Positions 1-10,769 of a stretch of 64,000 bases of DNA are shown one piece after another. The position numbers and the translations under genes are program-made. Position 1 is the stretch's first letter; every line of letters starts with the position of its first letter. The stretch is from Eledone cirrhosa (taxonomy: Eukaryota): positions 295,430,001 to 295,494,000 of the forward strand of contig OZ024740.1 of the NCBI GenBank assembly GCA_964016885.1. Reading direction: 5' to 3'. The notes beneath the pieces were generated by a model that did no database searches, was not told the DNA's origin, and saw only the letters and a list, made by a program, of their open reading frames with translations.

Positions 1-302
1 CATACCCACGTACGGTCTTTATTATAAATATGTCGAGATGACCTATAATTAAATTATTCTATAGTGACTTAATCTTACGTTATTCGTGTACTGTTTGGTG
101 CTGATAATGTTTCCGGGGTACATCTAACTAACGGATATTTTGTAATTAATTAGGTTAAAAATGTTTTAAGTTATAGTTGAGTGTTAAAACATTCTGTCTG
201 TTTGCTAAAATATAAGAATACTGGGTTATACATTTATGAGTGTTCTACAAACATATATATATAAACTTGCGTGTGTATATGTATGTACGTATATCTATAT
301 AT

Positions 303-775
303 GTCAGGTCGCTCTCGAGTGCTACTGGTAACATGTAAGCCAGTGCAACCTGTCTTGTGGTCGTGTCATCGGCGACTAAACTGGCAACCCCACCAAACTT
401 TCTTGGTGAGGAGGGTGATATTTGGTCACCCTGCTGGATGAAATACAAGACCCAGTAAAGGGCGAAGGAACTCAGCAGAGTCAACGGCCATCCAAATAGT
501 ACTTTTTTTTTACCTGGGAGTGAAAGGCCCCCAGTTGTCGTCACAACACCTTTCTAAGAGAGGGAAACTCTGAAAAAAAAAAAACCTGCGGCTTTGGAAG
601 CATCCGATGATGTTGACAAGTTCTCCTTTTCGGGTAGTGTTTTCGATGTTCAGAGAGTAGGATTGGTCGAGTGTGCAAGGCCTTTCCCCACTTAAAAAAC
701 CTTCAAAGCACAGGCATTGCTTGTTCAGGCTCTGTTACAAGCGATTGCAATACTCTTAGCAGAGTATGCAGCCAT
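303..775 (+). mobile_element. Probable 5'-UTR fragment of an RTE-clade LINE
   Basis: GC-richer island between AT/TA tracts, with GACTAAACTGGCAACCCC and GAGAGGGAAACTCTG...AAACC, which resemble RTE 5'-UTR motifs as I recall them. No ORF support. Confidence 0.4.
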
Positions 776-1037
776 CATATCTATATAGATATATGAGAAC
801 ATATGTGAGTATATAAAAGTAACAATACAGGATTAGTTTTAATCCCACATATACGGGTAACATTTATTCAATTATGTTTTATGCATCTAAGTTATGTTCG
901 TGATAGAATGGTGAAGTAAAAATTAATATTCTGGTGAATATTTTGCAAATTACAAACTTGTGGCTTTCGGACAAATAATAGCTCCCGATAATCTCTTTTG
1001 AGTGAAACTAAGGAGTCTTCCGTATATATATATAATA

Positions 1038-1062
1038 AATGCTCGGATTTATTCCTTAGAAT
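1038..1062. mobile_element. Right terminal inverted repeat of a MITE-like element; partner end not found in the window
   Basis: AATGCTCGGATTTATTCCTTAGAAT is the exact reverse complement of 10958-10982 and differs by 1 nt from 11289-11313. It is followed by TA. Confidence 0.6.
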
Positions 1063-1172
1063 ATATATATATATATATATAAACGTTAGAATATGTGTAA
1101 TAAGGCCAAGACAATGCAGATATGGACATAGAAAAAAGAATGCAATAGTGAAAGATATTGATGAGAATTCGT

Positions 1173-1243
1173 CTTTCACCTTGAATTTATTTAAATGTCC
1201 TTAATTTTCGAGATAATATCTCTTCTTCGGAGGGAAGTAAAAG
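1173..1243 (-). ncRNA. Hammerhead-like motif, copy in the terminal pLTR of the left arm
   Basis: Reverse complement of 7566-7636, 3145 bp from the 4318-4388 copy. Confidence 0.65.
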
Positions 1244-1615
1244 TCTCAGACCAGCGTCTAAATTTCCAATGAAGCCATGCTGACCGGAAATAGTATAGAG
1301 TTCTAACTTTAATATCAAAGAATTAAAATTAGGTGGGTAAAGAGTAGTCTCCCTTTAAGAGGGGTTTGTTTATGTTTTTGTTGTGTTTTTTTAAATTTTA
1401 TATGCGTGCCTGTATATGTGTGTGGGAGAAAGCATGAAGGTGTAGGTATGTGGGTGTGTGTGTGTGAGTGTGGGAAGATAGGTCTAATCGTAAAAGTGGG
1501 GGGTAGGTGTTATCTGGTGTTAGAACTGGTTTTGTGTGTGTATGTGTGAGAGAGAATAAGTGGAGGTGTGCGCGTGCGTGTGTGTGGGGTGTGTAAAGTG
1601 GGGCTAGAGGCCCTA

Positions 1616-4210
1616 TCAGGTTATAAATTGGGTGTTGAGCTCTAGTCTATTATTGATTGGTGGATGTGTTCTATCTATAATGAGTGCTTCCTTGATTCTA
1701 AGATTGCCGAGGTTTCTTTCCTTAGTTTCTATCCTAACTGTTATGTTTTTATCAGTGTTTTTGCATTTAACTAGGTGTTTCTTAAATGAGGAAGCGTTAG
1801 TATTGAGGTGTTCTTTTATTCTTATGTGGAGTGGTCTGGTGGTGCTACCTACGTAGAAGTTGTTGCATTTGTCACACTCTAGTCTGTAAACTACGTAAGC
1901 CTGGTGGCATAGGTCTGTGTCGTTGATGGGGCAGTTGGCTAGTCTGCAGCAGTTGTCATGTCTGGTGGAGTGTCTCTTAGCTAGCCGTCCACGCAAAGAA
2001 GGACCCGAATGGGCCAGTTGAATATCCAGACCTTCTCGTCTGATGGCTCTGCGGATGGCTCTGCGGATGGCTGTTGTTGTTTCTTCACTGAAGTGTGGGA
2101 GCTTCAGGAAGCAAGTGTTAGTGCCTCGGGTGTGGTGTCCTCTGTTCTTTCTGGCACGGTTTGTGGTGGATGTCGTGTATCCGTTCAGTTTGAGTACTTC
2201 CAGGAAATGTGTGGTGTGTGTGTCTCGGTCTCTGGCGTCGGTGCATTTGTTCTTGATACGTGCCAGTTCGTTCTTTATGTATCCGAACTTGGCACCGAGT
2301 GGGAGGGCCGATCTGAAATGTACGAACAGGTCCCTGCTGGCGGCTTTTTTATAGAAGCAGGTGTGGATGTTGCCTTCCTCTGTTACCCTGAGTTGGAAGT
2401 CCAGCAGGGATAGGGATCCGCGGTCATCGGGGTGTTCTATGCTGAACTTTATACTGGCGTCCATGCTGGAGAATGTTGTGTATATTTTCTCTGCCTCCTC
2501 ACGGGATGATGTAAGGATGAGTATGTCATCTACATATCGGGTGAAGAAGGCATGGGAATGGCAGGTGTTGAGGGCTCGGCATTCTAGTTGGTTCATGTAA
2601 GTGATGGCCAGCAGGCCAGAGAGGCTGGATCCCATGGGTAATCCTGTTGCCTGTCTGTATGTGTGGTGGTGGAAGGTGAAGTACGTGTTGTCGACTGTGA
2701 AGGACAAAAGTTGGTGTATGTCCGTCGGGTGGAGGCCGTAGCAGTGGATGTTCTCTGCGACCACGCAGTCCGTCAATAAATCGACAGCTGGGTGAGCGGG
2801 GACTGTAGTGTAGAGGGAGACAACGTCGAGGCTAAAAGCGTATTTATTAAGTTTAAGTTGTTCTGGCTGGAGTTGGTGTAATCTACGTATAACTTCGTCG
2901 GAGCTACTGACATGTCCGGGGAAGGTGGAGAGTAGAGGCTTGAGGACCTGGGAGAGAAGCCAGGAAATTTTGTATAGGGGTCCTTCTATGCTAGAGACGA
3001 TGGGTCTTATATGCGTCTTAGTGCTATTCTTGTGGGTCTTGATGAGGTGGTAGAAAGTGGGCAGTCTGCTATTTCTAGTGGTGTAGTTGAGTTTAATTTT
3101 ATTCGGGAGTTGTCTTCTCCTACAGATATCGAACCAAATGGAGTTGGTCTGTTTTTCGATTTGGGCTGCGGTCATGTCCGGGATCACTGTGTACAGTTCA
3201 CTGTCGCTTAGGTGTTCGAAGGCTAGGTTATTGTATGTGGCTTGAGAGATGACGCAGAACTCTTTACCTTTGTCGGATGGTAAGTAAATAAGTTCTTTAT
3301 TCCGTAGGTTCTTCAGGGCGAGTTGTTGTGTCCTGGAGAGGTTAGGGGCCATCTTCTTCTGTTTCCGTAAGATGTTAAATACGGAATGTTTTAGCCTCGA
3401 GAGTTTTTCTTCCAGCTCGCGGTTGGCGGGCGGTGGATAGAGTGGGCGATCTAGTTGGTATATCGGGAATCTGGGTGTGGTGGATTCCGTGGTGTTGTTG
3501 TCGAGAGTCGATATCCATTTCAGTTGGTAGGCAGTCCGACAGAAATTCGTTTCTATGTCGAGCCATAGTCTGTCGTCCAGTCTCTGTTTCAATATGAACT
3601 TGGGACCCAGGCTGAGGAGGTCTAATTCCTCTCGGGAGAGGGATCCTGTCAAGTCTGTGACGAGGTGTTTTGCGTCAGGTGTGTTGTTGGTCGGGGTGCC
3701 GCTAGGTTCGGTGTTGGTAACGTATTGTTCGCCTCTGTTGGTGTTTAGCGTTGGGATGTTGTTAAGACAGTTGGCCGTCCTGAGTTTGAGAAATTTTTGT
3801 TTTAGGCGTATTTTCTCGTAGTCTCGGCGGTGGTGGTATGACCTGTCTATAGTGGCGGAGATGACCTTGGACAGAGGTTCTGGGGTTTCAGCGAGTTGTG
3901 GTACAAGGCTGGAGATAGTCCGTATGTGATGTTGTAGCGTGCGGTGTAGGTGTTGTATGAGTTTTCTTAGGCAGAATTTTTGTATGTAACTGAGTGATCG
4001 CTTGAGGCCTGGTGATTTGAAGCATGTTGGTAGGTGTAAATTTTTGATGGTTTTGGGAATGATGTTGTTATTCAGGCATCGTTTTAGGAAATTTATTTGG
4101 CAGCCGGCTTTGGCGCGCTTTTCAGATAGCTGGAAGAGTTTCTTTACAGTTGTGAACTGGGCCTGGCTCAGGCGTAATGAAAGGAGGAGGTTATAGTTCA
4201 CTTGAAGCAT
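1616..4210 (-). CDS. Penelope-like polyprotein (reverse transcriptase + GIY-YIG endonuclease), 864 aa from the first ATG
   Basis: Motifs PSDKG, RPIVS, SLDVVSLYT, GLPMGSSLS, RYVDD, LDF and LNGY; C-terminal VVYRLECDKCNNFYVGST...RIKEH...KKH...EA...PPIN. The ORF-track start at 4324 is GTG; the first in-frame ATG is at 4210. Confidence 0.95.
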   Translation of the reverse strand: MLQVNYNLLLSLRLSQAQFTTVKKLFQLSEKRAKAGCQINFLKRCLNNNIIPKTIKNLHLPTCFKSPGLKRSLSYIQKFCLRKLIQHLHRTLQHHIRTISSLVPQLAETPEPLSKVISATIDRSYHHRRDYEKIRLKQKFLKLRTANCLNNIPTLNTNRGEQYVTNTEPSGTPTNNTPDAKHLVTDLTGSLSREELDLLSLGPKFILKQRLDDRLWLDIETNFCRTAYQLKWISTLDNNTTESTTPRFPIYQLDRPLYPPPANRELEEKLSRLKHSVFNILRKQKKMAPNLSRTQQLALKNLRNKELIYLPSDKGKEFCVISQATYNNLAFEHLSDSELYTVIPDMTAAQIEKQTNSIWFDICRRRQLPNKIKLNYTTRNSRLPTFYHLIKTHKNSTKTHIRPIVSSIEGPLYKISWLLSQVLKPLLSTFPGHVSSSDEVIRRLHQLQPEQLKLNKYAFSLDVVSLYTTVPAHPAVDLLTDCVVAENIHCYGLHPTDIHQLLSFTVDNTYFTFHHHTYRQATGLPMGSSLSGLLAITYMNQLECRALNTCHSHAFFTRYVDDILILTSSREEAEKIYTTFSSMDASIKFSIEHPDDRGSLSLLDFQLRVTEEGNIHTCFYKKAASRDLFVHFRSALPLGAKFGYIKNELARIKNKCTDARDRDTHTTHFLEVLKLNGYTTSTTNRARKNRGHHTRGTNTCFLKLPHFSEETTTAIRRAIRRAIRREGLDIQLAHSGPSLRGRLAKRHSTRHDNCCRLANCPINDTDLCHQAYVVYRLECDKCNNFYVGSTTRPLHIRIKEHLNTNASSFKKHLVKCKNTDKNITVRIETKERNLGNLRIKEALIIDRTHPPINNRLELNTQFIT

Positions 4211-4317
4211 TGTGTAATGAGGTATAAACGTTAGAATATGTGTAATAAGGCCAAGACAATGCAGATATGGACATAGAAAAAAGAATGCAATAGTGAAAGA
4301 TATTGATGAGAATTCGT

Positions 4318-4388
4318 CTTTCACCTTGAATTTATTTAAATGTCCTTAATTTTCGAGATAATATCTCTTCTTCGGAGGGAAGTAAAAG
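4318..4388 (-). ncRNA. Hammerhead-like motif, internal copy in the left arm
   Basis: Reverse complement of 7566-7636. Confidence 0.65.
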
Positions 4389-4760
4389 TCTCAGACCAGC
4401 GTCTAAATTTCCAATGAAGCCATGCTGACCGGAAATAGTATAGAGTTCTAACTTTGATATCAAAGAATTAAAATTAGGTGGGTAAAGAGTAGTCTCCCTT
4501 TAAGAGGGGTTTGTTTATGTTTTTGTTGTGTTTTTTTAAATTTTATATGCGTGCCTGTATATGTGTGTGGGAGAAAGCATGAAGGTGTAGGTATGTCGGT
4601 GTGTGTGTGTGAGTGTGAGAAGATAGGTCTAATCGTAAAAGTGGGGGGTAGGTGTTATCTGGTGTTAGAACTGGTTTTGTGTGTGTATGTGTGAGAGAGA
4701 ATAAGTGGAGGTGTGCGCGTGCGTGTGTGTGGGGTGTGTAAAGTGGGACTAGAGGCCCTA

Positions 4761-6578
4761 TCAGGTTATAAATTGGGTGTTGAGCTCTAGTCTATTATTG
4801 ATTGGTGGATGTGTTCTATCTATAATGAGTGCTTCCTTGATTCTAAGATTGCCGAGGTTTCTTTCCTTAGTTTCTATCCTAACTGTTATGTTTTTATCAG
4901 TGTTTTTACATTTAACTAGGTGTTTCTTAAATGAGGAAGCGTTAGTATTGAGGTGTTCTTTTATTCTTATGTGGAGTGGTCTGGTGGTGCTACCTACGTA
5001 GAAGTTGTTGCATTTGTCACACTCTAGTCTGTAAACTACGTAAGCCTGGTGGCATAGGTCTGTGTCGTTGATGGGGCAGTTGGCTAGTCTGCAGCAGTTG
5101 TCATGTCTGGTGGAGTGTCTCTTAGCTAGCCGTCCACGCAAAGAAGGACCCGAATGGGCCAGTTGAATATCCAGACCTTCTCGTCTGATGGCTCTGCGGA
5201 TGGCTCTGCGGATGGCTGTTGTTGTTTCTTCACTGAAGTGTGGGAGCTTCAGGAAGCAAGTGTTAGTGCCTCGGGTGTGGTGTCCTCTGTTCTTTCTGGC
5301 ACGGTTTGTGGTGGATGTCGTGTATCCGTTCAGTTTGAGTACTTCCAGGAAATGTGTGGTGTGTGTGTCTCGGTCTCTGGCGTCGGTGCATTTGTTCTTG
5401 ATACGTGCCAGTTCGTTCTTTATGTATCCGAACTTGGCACCGAGTGGGAGGGCCGATCTGAAATGTACGAACAGGTCCCTGCTGGCGGCTTTTTTATAGA
5501 AGCAGGTGTGGATGTTGCCTTCCTCTGTTACCCTGAGTTGGAAGTCCAGCAGGGATAGGGATCCGCGGTCATCGGGGTGTTCTATGCTGAACTTTATACT
5601 GGCGTCCATGCTGGAGAATGTTGTGTATATTTTCTCTGCCTCCTCACGGGATGATGTAAGGATGAGTATGTCATCTACATATCGGGTGAAGAAGGCATGG
5701 GAATGGCAGGTGTTGAGGGCTCGGCATTCTAGTTGGTTCATGTAAGTGATGGCCAGCAGGCCAGAGAGGCTGGATCCCATGGGTAATCCTGTTGTCTGTC
5801 TGTATGTGTGGTGGTGGAAGGTGAAGTACGTGTTGTCGACTGTGAAGGACAAAAGTTGGTGTATGTCCGTCGGGTGGAGGCCGTAGCAGTGGATGTTCTC
5901 TGCGACCACGCAGTCCGTCAATAAATCGACAGCTGGGTGAGCGGGGACTGTAGTGTAGAGGGAGACAACGTCGAGGCTAAAAGCGTATTTATTAAGTTTA
6001 AGTTGTTCTGGCTGGAGTTGGTGTAATCTACGTATAACTTCGTCGGAGCTACTGACATGTCCGGGGAAGGTGGAGAGTAGAGGCTTGAGGACCTGGGAGA
6101 GAAGCCAAGAAATTTTGTATAGGGGTCCTTCTATGCTAGAGACGATGGGTCTTATATGCGTCTTAGTGCTATTCTTGTGGGTCTTGATGAGGTGGTAGAA
6201 AGTGGGCAGTCTGCTATTTCTAGTGGTGTAGTTGAGTTTAATTTTATTCGGGAGTTGTCTTCTCCTACAGATATCGAACCAAATGGAGTTGGTCTGTTTT
6301 TCGATTTGGGCTGCGGTCATGTCCGGGATCACTGTGTACAGTTCACTGTCGCTTAGGTGTTCGAAGGCTAGGTTATTGTATGTGGCTTGAGAGATGACGC
6401 AGAACTCTTTACCTTTGTCGGATGGTAAGTAAATAAGTTCTTTATTCCGTAGGTTCTTCAGGGCGAGTTGTTGTGTCCTGGAGAGGTTAGGGGCCATCTT
6501 CTTCTGTTTCCGTAAGATGTTAAATACGGAATGTTTTAGCCTCGAGAGTTTTTCTTCCAGCTCGCGGTTGGCGGGCGG
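4761..6578 (-). pseudogene. 5'-truncated second copy of the PLE ORF (RT + GIY-YIG still in frame, 578 aa from an internal ATG at 6497)
   Basis: Matches the C-terminal part of the 1616-4210 ORF except for a few SNPs (e.g. QATG to QTTG). Homology stops at 6578, at the inversion junction. Confidence 0.9.
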
Positions 6579-6617
6579 AAGTACTCAAACTGAAGTACTC
6601 AAACTGTACTGGAAGTA

Positions 6618-7193
6618 CTGGAAGTACTCAAACTGAACGGATACACGACATCCACCACAAACCGTGCCAGAAAGAACAGAGGACACCACACCCGAGGCAC
6701 TAACACTTGCTTCCTGAAGCTCCCACACTTCAGTGAAGAAACAACAACAGCCATCCGCAGAGCCATCAGACGAGAAGGTCTGGATATTCAACTGGCCCAT
6801 TCGGGTCCTTCTTTGCGTGGACGGCTAGCTAAGAGACACTCCACCAGACATGACAACTGCTGCAGACTAGCCAACTGCCCCATCAACGACACAGACCTAT
6901 GCCACCAGGCTTACGTAGTTTACAGACTAGAGTGTGACAAATGCAACAACTTCTACGTAGGTAGCACCACCAGACCACTCCACATAAGAATAAAAGAACA
7001 CCTCAATACTAACGCTTCCTCATTTAAGAAACACCTAGTTAAATGCAAAAACACTGATAAAAACATAACAGTTAGGATAGAAACTAAGGAAAGAAACCTC
7101 GGCAATCTTAGAATCAAGGAAGCACTCATTATAGATAGAACACATCCACCAATCAATAATAGACTAGAGCTCAACACCCAATTTATAACCTGA
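6618..7193 (+). pseudogene. 5'-truncated PLE ORF fragment (end of RT thumb + GIY-YIG)
   Basis: Matches 9751-10326 and translates LEVLKLNGY...FYVGST...QFIT*. Confidence 0.9.
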
Positions 7194-7565
7194 TAGGGCC
7201 TCTAGCCCCACTTTACACACCCCACACACACGCACGCGCACACCTCCACTTATTCTCTCTCACACATACACACACAAAACCAGTTCTAACACCAGATAAC
7301 ACCTACCCCCCACTTTTACGATTAGACCTATCTTCCCACACTCACACACACACACCCACATACCTACACCTTCATGCTTTCTCCCACACACATATACAGG
7401 CACGCATATAAAATTTAAAAAAACACAACAAAAACATAAACAAACCCCTCTTAAAGGGAGACTACTCTTTACCCACCTAATTTTAATTCTTTGATATCAA
7501 AGTTAGAACTCTATACTATTTCCGGTCAGCATGGCTTCATTGGAAATTTAGACGCTGGTCTGAGA

Positions 7566-7636
7566 CTTTTACTTCCCTCCGAAGAAGAGATATTATCTCG
7601 AAAATTAAGGACATTTAAATAAATTCAAGGTGAAAG
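7566..7636 (+). ncRNA. Minimal type-I hammerhead-ribozyme-like motif (variant core) in the PLE pLTR
   Basis: CCT-CCGAAGA-A-GAGAT(att)ATCTC-GAA-AATT-A-AGG. Core is CCGAAGA/GAAA with a 5-bp stem II, palindromic AATT stem III and CCT/AGG stem I, plus possible distal pairing CTTTTACTT/AGGTGAAAG. Confidence 0.65.
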
Positions 7637-7743
7637 ACGAATTCTCATCAATATCTTTCACTATTGCATTCTTTTTTCTATGTCCATATCTGCATTGTCT
7701 TGGCCTTATTACACATATTCTAACGTTTATACCTCATTACACA

Positions 7744-10326
7744 ATGCTTCAAGTGAACTATAACCTCCTCCTTTCATTACGCCTGAGCCAGGCCCAGTTC
7801 ACAACTGTAAAGAAACTCTTCCAGCTATCTGAAAAGCGCGCCAAAGCCGGCTGCCAAATAAATTTCCTAAAACGATGCCTGAATAACAACATCATTCCCA
7901 AAACCATCAAAAATTTACACCTACCAACATGCTTCAAATCACCAGGCCTCAAGCGATCACTCAGTTACATACAAAAATTCTGCCTAAGAAAACTCATACA
8001 ACACCTACACCGCACGCTACAACATCACATACGGACTATCTCCAGCCTTGTACCACAACTCGCTGAAACCCCAGAACCTCTGTCCAAGGTCATCTCCGCC
8101 ACTATAGACAGGTCATACCACCACCGCCGAGACTACGAGAAAATACGCCTAAAACAAAAATTTCTCAAACTCAGGACGGCCACCTGTCTTAACAACATCC
8201 CAACGCTAAACACCAACAGAGGCGAACAATACATTACCAACACCGAACCTAGCGGCACCCCGACCAACAACACACCTGACGCAAAACACCTCGTCACAGA
8301 CTTGACAGGATCCCTCTCCCGAGAGGAATTAGACCTCCTCAGCCTGGGTCCCAAGTTCATATTGAAACAGAGACTGGACGACAGACTATGGCTCGACATA
8401 GAAACGAATTTCTGTCGGACTGCCTACCAACTGAAATGGATATCGACTCTCGACAACAACACCACGGAATCCACCACACCCAGATTCCCGATATACCAAC
8501 TAGATCGCCCACTCTATCCACCGCCCGCCAACCGCGAGCTGGAAGAAAAACTCTCGAGGCTAAAACATTCCGTATTTAACATCTTACGGAAACAGAAGAA
8601 GATGGCCCCTAACCTCTCCAGGACACAACAACTCGCCCTGAAGAACCTACGGAATAAAGAACTTATTTACTTACCATCCGACAAAGGTAAAGAGTTCTGC
8701 GTCATCTCTCAAGCCACATACAATAACCTAGCCTTCGAACACCTAAGCGACAGTGAACTGTACACAGTGATCCCGGACATGACCGCAGCCCAAATCGAAA
8801 AACAGACCAACTCCATTTGGTTCGATATCTGTAGGAGAAGACAACTCCCGAATAAAATTAAACTCAACTACACCACTAGAAATAGCAGACTGCCCACTTT
8901 CTACCACCTCATCAAGACCCACAAGAATAGCACTAAGACGCATATAAGACCCATCGTCTCTAGCATAGAAGGACCCCTATACAAAATTTCCTGGCTTCTC
9001 TCCCAGGTCCTCAAGCCTCTACTCTCCACCTTCCCCGGACATGTCAGTAGCTCCGACGAAGTTATACGTAGATTACACCAACTCCAGCCAGAACAACTTA
9101 AACTTAATAAATACGCTTTTAGCCTCGACGTTGTCTCCCTCTACACTACAGTCCCCGCTCACCCAGCTGTCGATTTATTGACGGACTGCGTGGTCGCAGA
9201 GAACATCCACTGCTACGGCCTCCACCCGACGGACATACACCAACTTTTGTCCTTCACAGTCGACAACACGTACTTCACCTTCCACCACCACACATACAGA
9301 CAGGCAACAGGATTACCCATGGGATCCAGCCTCTCTGGCCTGCTGGCCATCACTTACATGAACCAACTAGAATGCCGAGCCCTCAACACCTGCCATTCCC
9401 ATGCCTTCTTCACCCGATATGTAGATGACATACTCATCCTTACATCATCCCGTGAGGAGGCAGAGAAAATATACACAACATTCTCCAGCATGGACGCCAG
9501 TATAAAGTTCAGCATAGAACACCCCGATGACCGCGGATCCCTATCCCTGCTGGACTTCCAACTCAGGGTAACAGAGGAAGGCAACATCCACACCTGCTTC
9601 TATAAAAAAGCCGCCAGCAGGGACCTGTTCGTACATTTCAGATCGGCCCTCCCACTCGGTGCCAAGTTCGGATACATAAAGAACGAACTGGCACGTATCA
9701 AGAACAAATGCACCGACGCCAGAGACCGAGACACACACACCACACATTTCCTGGAAGTACTCAAACTGAACGGATACACGACATCCACCACAAACCGTGC
9801 CAGAAAGAACAGAGGACACCACACCCGAGGCACTAACACTTGCTTCCTGAAGCTCCCACACTTCAGTGAAGAAACAACAACAGCCATCCGCAGAGCCATC
9901 AGACGAGAAGGTCTGGATATTCAACTGGCCCATTCGGGTCCTTCTTTGCGTGGACGGCTAGCTAAGAGACACTCCACCAGACATGACAACTGCTGCAGAC
10001 TAGCCAACTGCCCCATCAACGACACAGACCTATGCCACCAGGCTTACGTAGTTTACAGACTAGAGTGTGACAAATGCAACAACTTCTACGTAGGTAGCAC
10101 CACCAGACCACTCCACATAAGAATAAAAGAACACCTCAATACTAACGCTTCCTCATTTAAGAAACACCTAGTTAAATGCAAAAACACTGATAAAAACATA
10201 ACAGTTAGGATAGAAACTAAGGAAAGAAACCTCGGCAATCTTAGAATCAAGGAAGCACTCATTATAGATAGAACACATCCACCAATCAATAATAGACTAG
10301 AGCTCAACACCCAATTTATAACCTGA
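7744..10326 (+). CDS. Penelope-like polyprotein (reverse transcriptase + GIY-YIG endonuclease), 860 aa from the first ATG
   Basis: Same motifs as the minus-strand copy in an uninterrupted frame. ATG at 7744 (the track start at 7630 is GTG). Lacks the 12-bp RRAI duplication. Confidence 0.95.
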   Translation: MLQVNYNLLLSLRLSQAQFTTVKKLFQLSEKRAKAGCQINFLKRCLNNNIIPKTIKNLHLPTCFKSPGLKRSLSYIQKFCLRKLIQHLHRTLQHHIRTISSLVPQLAETPEPLSKVISATIDRSYHHRRDYEKIRLKQKFLKLRTATCLNNIPTLNTNRGEQYITNTEPSGTPTNNTPDAKHLVTDLTGSLSREELDLLSLGPKFILKQRLDDRLWLDIETNFCRTAYQLKWISTLDNNTTESTTPRFPIYQLDRPLYPPPANRELEEKLSRLKHSVFNILRKQKKMAPNLSRTQQLALKNLRNKELIYLPSDKGKEFCVISQATYNNLAFEHLSDSELYTVIPDMTAAQIEKQTNSIWFDICRRRQLPNKIKLNYTTRNSRLPTFYHLIKTHKNSTKTHIRPIVSSIEGPLYKISWLLSQVLKPLLSTFPGHVSSSDEVIRRLHQLQPEQLKLNKYAFSLDVVSLYTTVPAHPAVDLLTDCVVAENIHCYGLHPTDIHQLLSFTVDNTYFTFHHHTYRQATGLPMGSSLSGLLAITYMNQLECRALNTCHSHAFFTRYVDDILILTSSREEAEKIYTTFSSMDASIKFSIEHPDDRGSLSLLDFQLRVTEEGNIHTCFYKKAASRDLFVHFRSALPLGAKFGYIKNELARIKNKCTDARDRDTHTTHFLEVLKLNGYTTSTTNRARKNRGHHTRGTNTCFLKLPHFSEETTTAIRRAIRREGLDIQLAHSGPSLRGRLAKRHSTRHDNCCRLANCPINDTDLCHQAYVVYRLECDKCNNFYVGSTTRPLHIRIKEHLNTNASSFKKHLVKCKNTDKNITVRIETKERNLGNLRIKEALIIDRTHPPINNRLELNTQFIT

Positions 10327-10698
10327 TAGGGCCTCTAGCCCCACTTTACACACCCCACACACACGCACGCGCACACCTCCACTTATTCTCTCTCACACAT
10401 ACACACACAAAACCAGTTCTAACACCAGATAACACCTACCCCCCACTTTTACGATTAGATCTATCTTCTCACACTCACACACACACACCCACATACCTAC
10501 ACCTTCATGCTTTCTCCCACACACATATACAGGCACGCATATAAAATTTAAAAAAACACAACAAAAACATAAACAAACCCCTCTTAAAGGGAGACTACTC
10601 TTTACCCACCTAATTTTAATTCTTTGATATTAAAGTTAGAACTCTATACTATTTCCGGTCAGCATGGCTTCATTGGAAATTTAGACGCTGGTCTGAGA

Positions 10699-10769
10699 CT
10701 TTTACTTCCCTCCGAAGAAGAGATATTATCTCGAAAATTAAGGACATTTAAATAAATTCAAGGTGAAAG
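10699..10769 (+). ncRNA. Hammerhead-like motif, copy in the terminal pLTR of the right arm
   Basis: Same sequence as 7566-7636, 3133 bp downstream. Confidence 0.65.

Noticed and set aside
7630-7743. Hydrophobic N-terminal extension MKDEFSSISFTIAFFFLC... and the 95/101-aa ORFs at 892-1179 and 10763-11068
   Set aside because: It starts at GTG overlapping the hammerhead region. The short ORFs are pLTR ends running into (TA)n.
1632-10310. Many 63-134-aa ORFs overlapping the PLE ORFs
   Set aside because: These are antisense or alternate-frame shadows, repeated only because the element is repeated.
10324-10700. Selenoprotein recoding (TGA-TAG end plus SECIS), as reported for some Naiad PLEs
   Set aside because: There is no internal in-frame TGA. 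The best UTR candidate (ATGGCTTCATTGGAAATTTAGAC...GTCTGAG) lacks the AUGA/GA quartet and a proper stem by eye; SECISearch could confirm.
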